In this document: positions 19,966 to 31,200 of the stretch, piece by piece | Layout of the letters: each line of letters starts with the position of its first letter | How positions within the stretch are numbered: position 1 is the stretch's first letter | Origin: a virus | Virus record (IMG/VR): IMGVR_UViG_3300044800_000286 | Direction: 5' to 3' (one strand) | DNA length: 64,000 nt | The notes under the pieces: generated by a model | The model's input: only the letters and a program-made list of their open reading frames with translations | What the model was told of the DNA's origin: nothing | The model's database searches: none | Made by a program: the position numbers and the translations under genes

Positions 19966-19990
19966 GATACCCCCAGCTTTAGCTATGGGG
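19966..19990 (+). mobile_element. Orphan IS200/IS605-type subterminal hairpin
   Basis: GATA-CCCCCAGCTTTAGCTATGGGG in an intergenic position. Confidence 0.45.
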
Positions 19991-19997
19991 CCCTTGA

Positions 19998-20465
19998 CTA
20001 ATTACTCCTACTAACGGATGGGATATTAGATTTTAAAAATTCACTGAATTTGAAAAACGCACTGGCGGTGAACTCGCTCATGCCTTCCTTTTTCTGAAGC
20101 TCTCCGAGGGACTGCACGCCGACCCAGCGTGCCTCTTCGATTCCACCCTTGAGGATGAGCATCTCGCCTTGGCCGAATCCCTCGTTCAATTCCGTCAGCG
20201 GGACGGGCTCGGCAAGGACAAAAATACCGAGGCGGTGGTCGTTGGGCACGACACGCTCGCAGATGAACAACGTCATCTTCGGCTCAATGTCCAGCCCGAG
20301 TGCTTCCTTCACCGAGCGGATGCAGGCGTTACGGACGGTTTCGCCCTCAGCGACAACTCCCTCTGGGATAGCCCAAAGGTTGTCGTCCGGTCCCTCGTTG
20401 GGCTTCACGAGCAATACGTTCGCCCGGTCCTTCATGATGATCGTCGCTACTGTCAAGTTCGGCAT
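19998..20465 (-). CDS. NUDIX hydrolase
   Basis: Degenerate Nudix box WAIPEGVVAEGETVRNACIRSVKEALGL. Confidence 0.85.
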   Translation of the reverse strand: MPNLTVATIIMKDRANVLLVKPNEGPDDNLWAIPEGVVAEGETVRNACIRSVKEALGLDIEPKMTLFICERVVPNDHRLGIFVLAEPVPLTELNEGFGQGEMLILKGGIEEARWVGVQSLGELQKKEGMSEFTASAFFKFSEFLKSNIPSVSRSN

Positions 20466-20734
20466 TATAGTGTCCGCTTTTTACTCGCTGATCTTCGGAT
20501 CGGATTCAACCAAGCCAGTCTATCTTTGCGTTCCCGGTATTCAGCATTGGTTTGACGATAGTGCTTATTGCTTGCTAAGCATCTGCTTCGATTCTTGAGA
20601 TAGTACTCTTGACGGCAAGTACGACACCAAACTTGTAATCCATCCGCTCTGCCTTTGTTCTTAGCGAACCGTGACAAGTCTTCCGTGTCGCACTTGGGGC
20701 ATCTTTTAGGCATCCTTTGACGTTTCTCCGTCAT
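20465..20734 (-). CDS. Zn-finger protein / truncated HNH N-terminal domain
   Basis: KRCPKC...F.KNK...DGLQVWCRTC. Confidence 0.55.
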   Translation of the reverse strand: MTEKRQRMPKRCPKCDTEDLSRFAKNKGRADGLQVWCRTCRQEYYLKNRSRCLASNKHYRQTNAEYRERKDRLAWLNPIRRSASKKRTL

Positions 20735-21902
20735 ATGGTTTAAGTCCGCATTTCTTTGGATCAGTTTTCAGAGTCTCAGTCGCATTATCTGTGAATAGAA
20801 GAACCGCTTCTTTCATCTTAAGCAGCCACTCTTTCCAGTAGTCACCGATTGTCAGGCTGCGATTCTTGGCTGCCTGTTTCATCTCCCGCTTGAACGTCGG
20901 GAGGTCGAAGCCCCGCAGCATGGCCGCCCCGGCATCCGTGAGGTTGATGTTGTCGTTCACGTCGATGGTGAACAGGTTCGTGCGGAACTGCGTCTCTTTG
21001 TCGGTCTTCTTGTTGAATCTGGAATCCAAGCTCTGGAACACGACGGCCGCCCCGGCGACCTCGGACTTGCCGAATTCGTGCAGGACCGAAAACGCCGTGC
21101 TGGGGCTGGACGCGGACAAGGGATCGCCCGTCCTGCAAAGCCGGATGCGGGCGGGAGTGGACAGCCCGGCCCACAGCCCGGTCTCCAGTTCGGACATGGA
21201 GAAATAGTTGGCGACGATGTTCTCCAGCACCCTGTCGTCCAGCTTCTCGACCTCGTCGGGGCGGAAGCGGGTAAGCTCGTCGGCACGGGTCGCCATCTCG
21301 GCCTCGAACTTGTTCTTGCCCGCTACGGTGTCGAGGAATTTCGTCGGCCAATCGGGGGTGTCGAACTGCCATGCGAGGCTGAAGTCCTCGCCGCCGAGGG
21401 CGGTGATGATGGAGCGCACCATCCCCACTTCGTCCGCGTTTCCGGAAGCCGCGTAGACCGTCTCGCTGTTGAAGTCCACCAGCACGGGGAACTGGGCGCG
21501 GGACAGCACCGCCGACGCGATGACGCTCGCCTCGACGACTTTCTTTTCGTCCTTCGACAGGAACCTGAACGGCCGTCCGGCATCCTTGTATGCCAGCGCC
21601 TCGGCCTTGGACTTGGGATCGGTCACATCTTCAAACCCATTCACTATTCCCCAAAACCCATAAACGCCATCATCCAGCTTCAACAAATCAGCGGTAAATG
21701 TCTGGTCGCCTTGTTCATCCAAGCGAGGAAATTCGTACGGATTTATACCAAAAGCAGAACCTCCTTCGACCTTTACTCTAGAAAAAACCACGGCCTGACT
21801 GATCTGTTGAAGCTTGTCACTTTGAATCGTAGCTTCAAACGAAGTCTGCGATGCCTTTCTAATCCCAAAAATCGACCACATACCGCGAGCAAAAAGACTC
21901 AT
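20706..21902 (-). CDS. Hypothetical protein
   Basis: 398-aa ORF with strong GC3 bias; AGTATTA upstream. Confidence 0.75.
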   Translation of the reverse strand: MSLFARGMWSIFGIRKASQTSFEATIQSDKLQQISQAVVFSRVKVEGGSAFGINPYEFPRLDEQGDQTFTADLLKLDDGVYGFWGIVNGFEDVTDPKSKAEALAYKDAGRPFRFLSKDEKKVVEASVIASAVLSRAQFPVLVDFNSETVYAASGNADEVGMVRSIITALGGEDFSLAWQFDTPDWPTKFLDTVAGKNKFEAEMATRADELTRFRPDEVEKLDDRVLENIVANYFSMSELETGLWAGLSTPARIRLCRTGDPLSASSPSTAFSVLHEFGKSEVAGAAVVFQSLDSRFNKKTDKETQFRTNLFTIDVNDNINLTDAGAAMLRGFDLPTFKREMKQAAKNRSLTIGDYWKEWLLKMKEAVLLFTDNATETLKTDPKKCGLKPYDGETSKDA

Positions 21903-22504
21903 AAACCATCCTTTGTGAATCTGCCTTTCTTATTTCTCTTCCTGTTTAATACTCGGATTTTTGCGGATATGCTCAGTCTTTGTCTAGTTTCCAGCGTAGC
22001 CGTTTTTCCCCAATTATGATTTTTTGCCCCCCGCTGCCTCTCACTGAGTTTCTTACGGAATGCTGGGGTGAACTCAAGCGGGTTTGCTCGAATTGCTTCA
22101 GAAAGATGCTGTTTATGTGCGGCGGATAAAGGTCGTCCACGTTTAGCCGCGGACATCTTTTCACGAGTAGCGTCAGTGATTTTCTTAAACTTTGCCACTA
22201 CCGCCCCGCCATCGCCGCCCGGACTCAAGTTATACCCGTAGCCTAGTGTTGGGGGATAGGTTCTGTACTTTCCAATAAAGTAGCATTCTTGGTTGTTCAA
22301 ATCCTCAACCGATGAGGCAAATGAAGACAGTAAAGCTACCCTAAAGCTTTCAATTCCATACTTACGAATTGCCGCATGAAAACACAGTTTGCTTCCCTTT
22401 TCAGCGGCTTTGACGTGGGCTGTCCATCTCTTGGCAACACTACCTCGGGTTTTGCCTATGTACAGCTTTCCGTTTCGAGTGTTCCACACAACGTAGATGA
22501 ACAA
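21899..22504 (-). CDS. GIY-YIG homing endonuclease with NUMOD3 repeats
   Basis: FIYVVWNTRNGKLYIGKT...GYNLSPGGDG...TREKMSAAKRG. Confidence 0.9.
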   Translation of the reverse strand: MFIYVVWNTRNGKLYIGKTRGSVAKRWTAHVKAAEKGSKLCFHAAIRKYGIESFRVALLSSFASSVEDLNNQECYFIGKYRTYPPTLGYGYNLSPGGDGGAVVAKFKKITDATREKMSAAKRGRPLSAAHKQHLSEAIRANPLEFTPAFRKKLSERQRGAKNHNWGKTATLETRQRLSISAKIRVLNRKRNKKGRFTKDGL

Positions 22505-22512
22505 ATGGTACC

Positions 22513-23722
22513 CTATTCCTTTTCGTTCTCGGGATCGTTGCCCAAGGCTTCGTCGATTTCAACAGCGTCGCCGCCAGCAACAGGCTCCGTCTCTTCCTCG
22601 GCTTGCGGGTCGGCCAGCGCATGGGCGTCTTCCTCGTCCACTTGCCCGAGTTCCCGCAGGAGTTCCGCCTGCAAGAACTGTAACGAGGTAGCCAGGGAAT
22701 CCCGCGTGTTGAAGGCCTCAAGGTAAGTAGTGACCGGGTTGTTGCCCGTCTCCGCCACGTCTATCAGGGCCTCGAAGGCCTCCGTCAATTCCACGCGGAA
22801 GCTGTCGAGCAGCCCCCTGATGGTGGTGATGCGCTCAAGCTCCGCCGCCAATTCAAGGTCGTCCTTAGTTACTTTGGTCGGTTTTTGTTTGTTGGTAGAC
22901 ATTTCTCGCCCTCGCTTTCTCCAGCATCTCTTCCAATACACGATCTATTTCAGCCCTGTGCCGGACTTCCGCCTCGCTTTCGAACAGTCGCTTGAATGTG
23001 CGGACGAGCGTCCCGAACACAAAATTGTCAACCTCCCGTGCGATGAAGATAAGAGTGAGCGCCAAAGCCACCGACCAGTGGGCGTGCATCCATATGACCG
23101 CCAGGAGCGCGAGCGTGAAAAGAAACCTGCCCAGAATGATGTATAGCGATTTCAGCTTCAGTTTCAGTTTCATCCGAGTTTCTCCTGAAGAAAGTCTCGA
23201 ACAGCCTTGTCGAGGCGCTCTTGAAGCTCTTCCCCGTACGGGGGCAAGAAGGCCCGCGTCTGCTCGGTAGAGAATTCGCTTGCTCGGGCCTTGCGCACGG
23301 CGGTAGCAAGAAGCCGCAACTTATCCAAAGAATAGCGGACGCCGACCCCCTCAGGAACCAGCTTATCATTGGTTTTTTGAACCAAAAACAACCGCATCCT
23401 GTTTCCCAGCACGTGCACTCCATTGACGGTATGCATGATGTTGATGCGTTCTTCCAGTTTTTGTTCGGGTTTTGTGCTCATGACAATTAATACTCCTTTA
23501 TGCCCGAGACCCCTCGTATCGGACTTTCTCGACCAGCCGCAGGAAGTGGAATGCCACGCGGTATTTCCTGCCCTTGGCCTCCCGCCCCCATCGGCGCTTC
23601 GCCGTGATCCATTCGTCCAAGGGAACGATGCTCGATCCCTTGTGCGCGTGGAACAGGAAACGCAGCCGCCCCTTCTCGTCAATCCTGAAGGCCTTGTAGC
23701 CCGCTATGATTCGCACACCCAT
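22513..23722 (-). CDS. Cluster of small hypothetical genes (22513-22902, 22865-23173 membrane, 23170-23481, 23498-23722)
   Basis: Coupled ORFs; two begin 6 nt after AGTATTA. Confidence 0.6.
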
Positions 23723-23774
23723 AGCGGGTAATACTCGATTTTGCGGTTTTACAGGGAAATCAGAGAGAAGTTAT

Positions 23775-25376
23775 TTACCTTGTTCCAGGTGCCGATTGCG
23801 ATGCAACTCGGCGCGGCACGACATTGTCTGCCGCTGGGCGTTTGTCATCGTCTGAAGCTGGGCTTGAAGTTCCGCTACCTGTTGCCGGATCGTTTGATCC
23901 TGACTGCGGTTCACGTACATCAAGAGCGCTATCAGGATTATCGCCGCCACCAGCCCGACCGACAGCCATTTTCCTAGCTTTGTCCTCACGTTGTTCCACC
24001 TTGCTGACGATGTGCTCGTCCACCGTCCGTTTTTGTTTGTCAAATGCTCCAAGCACCCATAAGAAAACTATAATATCTCTGTACTCCCGAAGCAAGACCT
24101 CCGGATTCCGCAACTGATCGGCGAACTGCCGGGCAAGCTCGTCCTTGGTGAGGATCGGTTCGAACTTGGATTCCTTGAGGCATTTGTCGGAGTTGGGGCT
24201 CCCGCAACCGGAGCATCCCACGACCTTGTGCCCGACCATATCAGCTTTTTGACAATTCCCCGTAAGAACGCCCTTATCGATAACAAAATCTTCAGTGCTG
24301 GGAACTACCGCACAAAAGGTCTCTTCTAGCCTATTGGTTTCAACGATAGAGTATACCTGCAATTTGATCTCAAAAGAAGACCCCATAAAACCACGGCGTT
24401 TTCGTTTTATAAGAAAGTCTCTCTCTGTTAAAGAAGGCCTAAACAACGGAAGATTACGAGAGTCTTTATTGCGTTTGCCAAAATTGGTCCTTTCTGGAAG
24501 AGGAGAACTAACCATAAAATAGTACCCGAAATTGGGCATAATTTGTCGCAGCCAAGTCTCCTCTTCGGAGCCGCAGCAAATTGATGGGGCTGCGCGATTA
24601 GCGTGACTAGCCGTACCGTCTGCTGCTATCCAACCCCTAAAAAACCCCACAAGGTAGTCCTCCGTCTCATTCGTAGAAGGAAGCCGTTTAAGCTCATGGG
24701 TTGCTGCAAAACTATCATAAAGACGAACAACCGGATCACCCCCAAAAGATGCGGGATAGGCAACCGAATAGCCGTCGAAATAGGGCAATAATTCCTCAGC
24801 ATCCCGGCACAATCGAATACAGTACCCCTCTATGCGCTTACACGCATGAATAGCCCCCCGGCTTCGTCTTCCGGGTACCCAAGTTGCTGTTCCGTCGCCA
24901 TATATCAAACCGTGGCGTACTCCGAGCAGATAATCTACTGAGTCATAGACTTCTTTGCGCTGATAACGTATAAAGGGGACTGTGTCGCCTTGTTGAAGTT
25001 CAAGGGTTGTACGTTCTGATCCATCTGTTAATTTCCAGCGATGGTCTGGAGTAGCGTTAAAATTGACCTTAGTATGCCCACGACCGTACATCAACTCTAC
25101 GCCCATCAAGTATTGCTTACCGAAATTTTGTATTTCACCGCTTATCCAACTCCCATTTGATCCTAACAAAATCGCTTTGCCTACATTGGCTCCGATGGGA
25201 ACAAACCCCCTATCTCTAATCAAAACGGGAGTTTCATAGGCAAAACAGTTGGCGGGGCATGGCCTGAGGTTGTGTTGCAAAAACCTGCGCCTGTGCCTGT
25301 GGATGGTTTCCTTGGCAGCCGCGATGATCTCTTCCAATGGCTTAAGGCTGACTAGCGCCAGCAGGGGGTCTTTCAC
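23775..25376 (-). CDS. Cys-rich hypothetical protein containing an intein
   Basis: Extein ...NLRPCPAN|CQKADMVGHKVVGCSGCG... Confidence 0.85.
   Translation of the reverse strand: MKDPLLALVSLKPLEEIIAAAKETIHRHRRRFLQHNLRPCPANCFAYETPVLIRDRGFVPIGANVGKAILLGSNGSWISGEIQNFGKQYLMGVELMYGRGHTKVNFNATPDHRWKLTDGSERTTLELQQGDTVPFIRYQRKEVYDSVDYLLGVRHGLIYGDGTATWVPGRRSRGAIHACKRIEGYCIRLCRDAEELLPYFDGYSVAYPASFGGDPVVRLYDSFAATHELKRLPSTNETEDYLVGFFRGWIAADGTASHANRAAPSICCGSEEETWLRQIMPNFGYYFMVSSPLPERTNFGKRNKDSRNLPLFRPSLTERDFLIKRKRRGFMGSSFEIKLQVYSIVETNRLEETFCAVVPSTEDFVIDKGVLTGNCQKADMVGHKVVGCSGCGSPNSDKCLKESKFEPILTKDELARQFADQLRNPEVLLREYRDIIVFLWVLGAFDKQKRTVDEHIVSKVEQREDKARKMAVGRAGGGDNPDSALDVREPQSGSNDPATGSGTSSPASDDDKRPAADNVVPRRVASQSAPGTR
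24255..25247 (-). mobile_element. Intein (331 aa) with LAGLIDADG endonuclease
   Basis: Starts CFAYETPV, block B ATPDHRW, GLIYGDG and GWIAADG motifs, ends VLTGN before Cys. Confidence 0.92.
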
Positions 25377-26115
25377 CGTAAAGTTCCTCCAGCTTCAGTC
25401 CCTCGACTTTGCGGAGGCGGGGGACCGCATCGCTCTTCCGTTCCGTTTGGCAGCCGGGGCAGGTCTTCGGGGCAGGCTCGGTGTACGGGTATTGCGGCGT
25501 TATGTCGTATCCGCATTTCGGGCAATGCACGGTCAATTCGTATACCGCGTCCGCGCCCCCGGTGATCGCCGCTTGGTGGCTCACGGCGAAGATCGTGAAT
25601 CCCAGCCCCGCCAAGGTCTTCAGCAGTTGGGCGATCCGCGGCTGGTACTCGGGCGACACGTTCGAGAATTGTTCGTCCAGACAAAGGAAAGGAGCAAGTT
25701 TGAATCTCTTGATCAAAATCACGCGGAGCAAAAACGACACAACGTTCTGGATGCCGCCCCCGAACGAGTCCATGGGGTTGCCTATGGTGTCGCCCCTCTT
25801 GACGAGGATGCGGTAGCTGTTGCCTCGGGCGCTTTCCTTCTTTTCGACCACCAGCCCGATGTGGTCGTTGTTGAACACCCGCTGGAGCCCGTCCGTGACC
25901 ATGCCCTCGATCTTGCCGATGCCGTTCGCGCTCACGATCTGGATGCAGCGGTCAATGGTGCCGACGCATTTTACCAGCATGGACTTCTCTTCTTCGAGTT
26001 GGCTAATCCGGGCGGTATGCCGGGCGATGACGGCGGCCTCGTACTCAAGCTGCTGGTCGATGGCCGATACGCCCATATGCATGCGGCCCAATCGAGTTGT
26101 GAGTAATGTGTCCAT
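25342..26115 (-). CDS. SbcC/Rad50-like ABC ATPase, C-terminal half only
   Basis: Coiled coil, signature SFGGG, Walker B LCLDEQFSNV, H-loop VSH; no Walker A. Confidence 0.8.
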   Translation of the reverse strand: MDTLLTTRLGRMHMGVSAIDQQLEYEAAVIARHTARISQLEEEKSMLVKCVGTIDRCIQIVSANGIGKIEGMVTDGLQRVFNNDHIGLVVEKKESARGNSYRILVKRGDTIGNPMDSFGGGIQNVVSFLLRVILIKRFKLAPFLCLDEQFSNVSPEYQPRIAQLLKTLAGLGFTIFAVSHQAAITGGADAVYELTVHCPKCGYDITPQYPYTEPAPKTCPGCQTERKSDAVPRLRKVEGLKLEELYGERPPAGASQP

Positions 26116-26780
26116 TAGATTCCGGCTTTCACCGAAGCGCGTCCAGCTTGCCACCCATCCGCAATGTGAGATTTGAGTTCCCTCAGGGGGACTCTCCTAT
26201 TAATACCATTTTTTGATGCCCAACGAGTATCAAGGTGAGAACTTTTTCCTCGATTGTCGCCTAAATTCCAAGATTTGAACTCATGGTAGTGTTGTCTTTT
26301 CCACCAATTACAGTTGGCACAAAGCAATTGATATTGTTTTTTAGCCTCAGTGCCTAGATTCAAAATTTTACGAATCATTGCGGTGTATCCCTGCTTGCGT
26401 TCAACGTTTCCTCCACCAAATACATGATCAATGTGCAGCATTTCAAGATTAGAACATCCAAAAGTTCCATCCTCGTTTACCCAGCGACAATACGAACTTG
26501 AACAACGTCCGCCCAAGATTTGCAGAACTTTTTCTCTTGTTTGATTTTGTCTCTCCCGTTGCTGCTCTTGAATGTGTTTTCTGTTGTCAGCGTAGTATTG
26601 TCTGGCATAAGTTATGGCTTTTGTAGAAGATGTTCGTCGCTGTCGTTTCTTGGGCAGCCTACGTTTGTCAGCATCGATTCTACACAAACGACAACGAGTT
26701 CCCCCACCCTCTTTAATTCTGTTTTCGGGAGTGTTGGGATGTCGGCCGTAACGACAAGTTTTCCCCAGTCGAATCGGCAT
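26115..26780 (-). CDS. HNH endonuclease
   Basis: LHIDHVFGGG...YQLLCANCNW. Confidence 0.85.
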   Translation of the reverse strand: MPIRLGKTCRYGRHPNTPENRIKEGGGTRCRLCRIDADKRRLPKKRQRRTSSTKAITYARQYYADNRKHIQEQQRERQNQTREKVLQILGGRCSSSYCRWVNEDGTFGCSNLEMLHIDHVFGGGNVERKQGYTAMIRKILNLGTEAKKQYQLLCANCNWWKRQHYHEFKSWNLGDNRGKSSHLDTRWASKNGINRRVPLRELKSHIADGWQAGRASVKAGI

Positions 26781-26783
26781 AAA

Positions 26784-27068
26784 CTAGTTTACAGGTTCGT
26801 TTTTGAAGGATACGCATTCATAACAACCGCCTATGTCCCGGCTGATGTTCAAGGCGATCACCACCCGGCCCTCGGCGGCATAGGCGTCAAGCGCCTGTGC
26901 CAGACCATTGCGATTGACGTTCTCGACCTTGTGCTTGCGGACTGTAGTAACGGGCGTCATCGCTGGCTTGGGCTTTCTGGTATATTTCCGCTTTTGGGGG
27001 GCGGCTTCTTGGACTTCCTCGTTCAATTTATCAAACGGGAGGCCCAATCTTGCTTCATCTTTGCTCAT
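26784..27068 (-). CDS. Hypothetical protein
   Basis: GAGG RBS, with AGTATTA upstream. Confidence 0.6.
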   Translation of the reverse strand: MSKDEARLGLPFDKLNEEVQEAAPQKRKYTRKPKPAMTPVTTVRKHKVENVNRNGLAQALDAYAAEGRVVIALNISRDIGGCYECVSFKNEPVN

Positions 27069-27103
27069 AATGCACCTCAGAGTTTAATACTGTATTTGCG
27101 GAA

Positions 27104-27223
27104 TCAACCGCATAATGGACAACTGGGATTGACAATGTTGCGCTTGATGTGCCAACGAAGATATTTGCCGGTGGCAAAGTCTTTGTAGCCGTACAAAAAC
27201 TCAGGTTTCGTAGAGATCAGCAT
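27104..27223 (-). CDS. 39-aa ORF with an RWH...CxxC motif (endonuclease C-terminal remnant)
   Basis: MLISTKPEFLYGYKDFATGKYLRWHIKRNIVNPSCPLCG. Confidence 0.45.
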   Translation of the reverse strand: MLISTKPEFLYGYKDFATGKYLRWHIKRNIVNPSCPLCG

Positions 27224-27224
27224 T

Positions 27225-28247
27225 CTAACTATAGGCCCGGAAATTGATTTCAAACGGGCCACGCTTCAGCCTGAGCAAGGTGGAGCCGCCCGGTGTCGGA
27301 GCGATGGAATACAGTATGGCTTCATCCTCGACCGCTTGGCTTAGAGCCTCAGATATTACCTTAGCGGTTTTGGCAAGCATGGCAAACCGTGGCCAGTCCC
27401 CGGTCTCCCCTAAAGAGTTTCGGTTGTCTCCAAACCGTCCAGTAGCGAGGATTCCCAGCTTAGGATCGACCTCTACCCGCTCCATGGGCTCCAGCAGCCC
27501 CACGGCTGCGTCCAGACCCACCACAAGGCGCTGGGCGGGCAGTCTGGCGATCTCCGTGCCCGATGCGGCATAATTGTCGAATATCTGCCGCCCGATGCCA
27601 TGCCCCTTGGTGTAGGCGACCATGTCCTCGATCTCGGCCCCCCAGTATCCGTTGGCGGTGATGGTGATCCGCCGGACCTCGACATCGCCGCTGACCATGC
27701 GGAGAAAGCTCTCGCGGGGGTACAAATCGGGGAGCTTTTGGATGGATTCCGGCCCGTCCCACATCACGGTCGCTCCGGCGTCGGTCGCCAGCATCAGCCT
27801 TCCCTTGACGAGGACGGGCGGGGTCACCGTCTTGAACGCCTTGGCGTTGATCCTTGAAAAGGCGTTCCTGTCCACGTCGAACCGCGTCTCGCCGATGTCG
27901 TGCCTTTTGGAGCCCGCCTGCCCCTCGGAAACCGTATGGACGTGGGTCTCGCTCTCGAACACGTCGCTGGACGTGCCGTAGATGCGCAGGATGCCGCTAC
28001 GGTCGATGCCAAGCTGCACGGCATCCTCGGGCAGGTTCCTCAGGCAGTCGATGAGGTTGGACAGGGAGACGTAGGTGGTCTTTCCGGAGCCGAAATTCTT
28101 GGTTTGGATGAAGCCGTTGGCGCTGGAGCGGTAGAATTGCGGGGCGTCGCCAAGCTGCACGCCGATGTAGGGCGACCCCTTGGGGTCGAACGCCGCCAGG
28201 GCCTTGAGCGGCTGGAGCAGGTCTGCTTTGGGGACGAGTATCGCCAT
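27225..28247 (-). CDS. Hypothetical protein, possibly a divergent sliding clamp (DnaN-like)
   Basis: 340 aa with an alternating beta/alpha pattern and a clamp loader in the same window. The function is inference only. Confidence 0.45.
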   Translation of the reverse strand: MAILVPKADLLQPLKALAAFDPKGSPYIGVQLGDAPQFYRSSANGFIQTKNFGSGKTTYVSLSNLIDCLRNLPEDAVQLGIDRSGILRIYGTSSDVFESETHVHTVSEGQAGSKRHDIGETRFDVDRNAFSRINAKAFKTVTPPVLVKGRLMLATDAGATVMWDGPESIQKLPDLYPRESFLRMVSGDVEVRRITITANGYWGAEIEDMVAYTKGHGIGRQIFDNYAASGTEIARLPAQRLVVGLDAAVGLLEPMERVEVDPKLGILATGRFGDNRNSLGETGDWPRFAMLAKTAKVISEALSQAVEDEAILYSIAPTPGGSTLLRLKRGPFEINFRAYS

Positions 28248-28262
28248 ACTCTTCAATACTGG

Positions 28263-31200
28263 CTAAAAGGAAATTATCTGGACGTTGGAAAAGCCGGAGG
28301 CCCCGTCGTTCGAGAGCGCCTGAATCTCGAACGCGTAGCTTCCCGATGCGATGGAGAATGCCACCTTTTGGATGGCTCCGGAATTGACCTGTTGCAGGGC
28401 GGCGAACGGGGACTGGAACGAGACCGTTAGGGTGTTGCCCACCTGCGCCGCGTTGAATGTATACAGTCCGGTCACGTCCACCATGTACTGGTTCACCAGC
28501 GGGCTCATGGCGCTCGTCTGGACAAGCGCCTGAGTAGATGTGCCCAAGTCGGATGTCGGGCCGTAATTCGTATGGGCGTAGGCGGCAGTGAACGCCGTGC
28601 CCGTGGACCCGAGCACAATGAACGGCGGCAGGCCGTTGAGGAAGGCGGCGTTCGCCAAGCCGTTCAGCGTGACAGGCGTTCCTGTCGCGTAGCTGTTATT
28701 GCAGGTAACCGTCAGGGTGCCGCCGTTAACCTGAATCCGGGTAATCGGGACGCTCTCCGTGACTCCGACATCCGAGCCATAATTCGACGCCGTGTACTGC
28801 TTGCCGATCCCCAAGGTGAAGCTGGCCGTCGGGCGCACGGCGTATTCCACGCTGTACCCGGAGACAAGGTCGGGACGCTGCTGCACCCATGCGAGGGTCA
28901 GTTTGCCGCCGCTCGGAGGCGGTATATTCAGCAGCACCGGAGAAACCGGGCGGCCGGAATACGTGGAGTCGGGCTCGAACAGGATTTCGCCAGTGTTCAC
29001 GAACTGGTTCTTCAGCTTGCTGGCGTCCCACGTGCCGATGATCTGCCCGTATTGCAGGTCGATCAGGGTCTCGTAGGTCTTGCCGCCGCTGCCGTCGATG
29101 GTGCCGATCAAGACCTTGCCTGATTTCAGGCTCTCCACGTTGGACAGGCGCACGAACTGCACGTTGTCCGCTCCGGCGACGAGGTTCGAGGCGGTAGTCA
29201 GGGCCAAGGTGCCCTGCACCGCCAGCGTGTCATTGGCGACTTGGACCAGCAGGCAGCCATCGGGGCCGGACAGAGCCAGTATCCGGACGTTCCCGTGGCT
29301 GGTCGTGGAGAAGATGCTGTCGAACTGCATCGAGGACAGGTTACGCAGGTCAAGTGTCGTGTCGGGATTGTCCGTGTTGATCAGCGGGGCGGTCGTGTAG
29401 CGGTAGATGTGCTGATCGCCCGGCACGTTGTCCAGCACCAGAGTGTAGTCGTCCTCGGTGTGCACCGCATCGATTATGGCGGTTGCCAGCGGGGTGAAGA
29501 GCCTGCGGAGCAATACGGTCATCGGGGGAATCCCGCCGAACACGCCATACACTAGGACCGAGTAGGGCGAGATCGCGATGTAGCGGTTCGTGCCGTCCGT
29601 CACGGACAGGCGCTTGACCGTCCGGAGATCGGTGTAGAGCACGGATTCGTCAAGCGGTGCCCAGGCGAGCGCCGTGTTCCGCTGCGAGACGCGGCCCGCG
29701 GCGGTAGCGAATCCGGTGTCCGCAGTGGAAGCCTGATTCGGATAGGAAAAATACGCCTCGAACCCCGTGTAGGCCGGGCCGCTGCCGATGAGGGTGTCAA
29801 CAGTCACCGTCTGGCCGTTGAGGAACGTTGCGATGGCTAGGCCCGAGAATGCGACTTGCTGGCCGACCACAAAGGTGTTGGGAACCACGACCGTCAGGAT
29901 GTTGGAGGTGGGGCCGACAGCGATGTTCGTGATCTTGTCCTGCTCCACCCATACGGAGCGCGAGAGCCGCTCGGTGTCCGTCCCGATGAGGAAATCGTAG
30001 CCCGCCACAGTGGCTTGGCAAGTAGCGATCGCGGGTGGGTTGACCCCGTCGTCCACCGTAAGCTGGAACACCAAGGATTCCCCGCTCAGATCGACGCCGT
30101 TGGTATGGAACACGAGGTCTTCCGTCGTGACGATAATCTGCGTCTGGCCGGGCTGCACCGTGCCGGGAAGGACATTGGTGCCGGAAAGCTGTATCCATTG
30201 GTACGTGGTCAGGTCGTCCTGATCCTTGTCCCCGGTGATCACCACGGGGAACTGGTTGGGAACCGGGGGCGAGGTCACCGGAAGGTGAGAGATCGAGATC
30301 GTCATGTTGCGCGGCACATCAACGTTTAGATAGGTCGGAGGACTCGTCGCATACCATGGCGGCGATGGGAAGGTGATCGTCGGCGCGGCGTTGAAAGGCA
30401 CCGTGACCGTGGAGACCGCATACTGGTACTGGGGGATCATCCAGCCCGTGACTGGAGTGGACGAAAGATCGGCGATGATGCCGACGACCGGGGCGGCGGT
30501 GAAGGAGGTCGGACCCGGAGCGACTACCGTGTATGCGAGGTCGTTCACATACGGGATGCCAGTGCCATACAGCATCACCGTCTCGCCCGGCGCTAGGTCG
30601 GTGTTGGCCGTGACCGTGATGATATTCAAGGCGATCCCTATGTTTGTCACCGGGATCGGGGGATGGCGCTCTGTGATCAGGTCGGGATACAGGTCTACGA
30701 CCGCCACGCCGACATTGAAGGTGCGTAGCCCGCCGCCAACGGCGCGGACGACAGTCAGGGTAGCTGTGCTGCCCGAGGGAACCAACGTAATATCCGCAGC
30801 ATCCAGGTCGTTCTCCGACCAGATGTATTCCAGCGGGTCGTTGTCGCGGTCATACGATCCGGCAGCCGAAAATGTCCGTGGCTGCGCACGGTATACCGTC
30901 ACATTGGTGGGCGGCGACACGCTAGGAATCGGCGATATCTCCGCCACCGGGGGCACGTTGAAATCCGAGAGGTACATGGGCACGATGCTGCTCACGTAGT
31001 CATAGGCGACGGTGAGCGGCTTCCCGGCCAGCCCCGTGTCCGAATGCTCGGGATCGTCCGCATGGCTGAAGAGCGCCGTGAAGGTGGAACGGGCGATGTC
31101 GGTCCCGATCACAGTCACGATCTGCCCGTTCAAATAAATCGGTGAGTGAGTCAACCCGGAGAACAGGACCTTCGTGCCGACTTGCAGGTTGGCGATGTTC

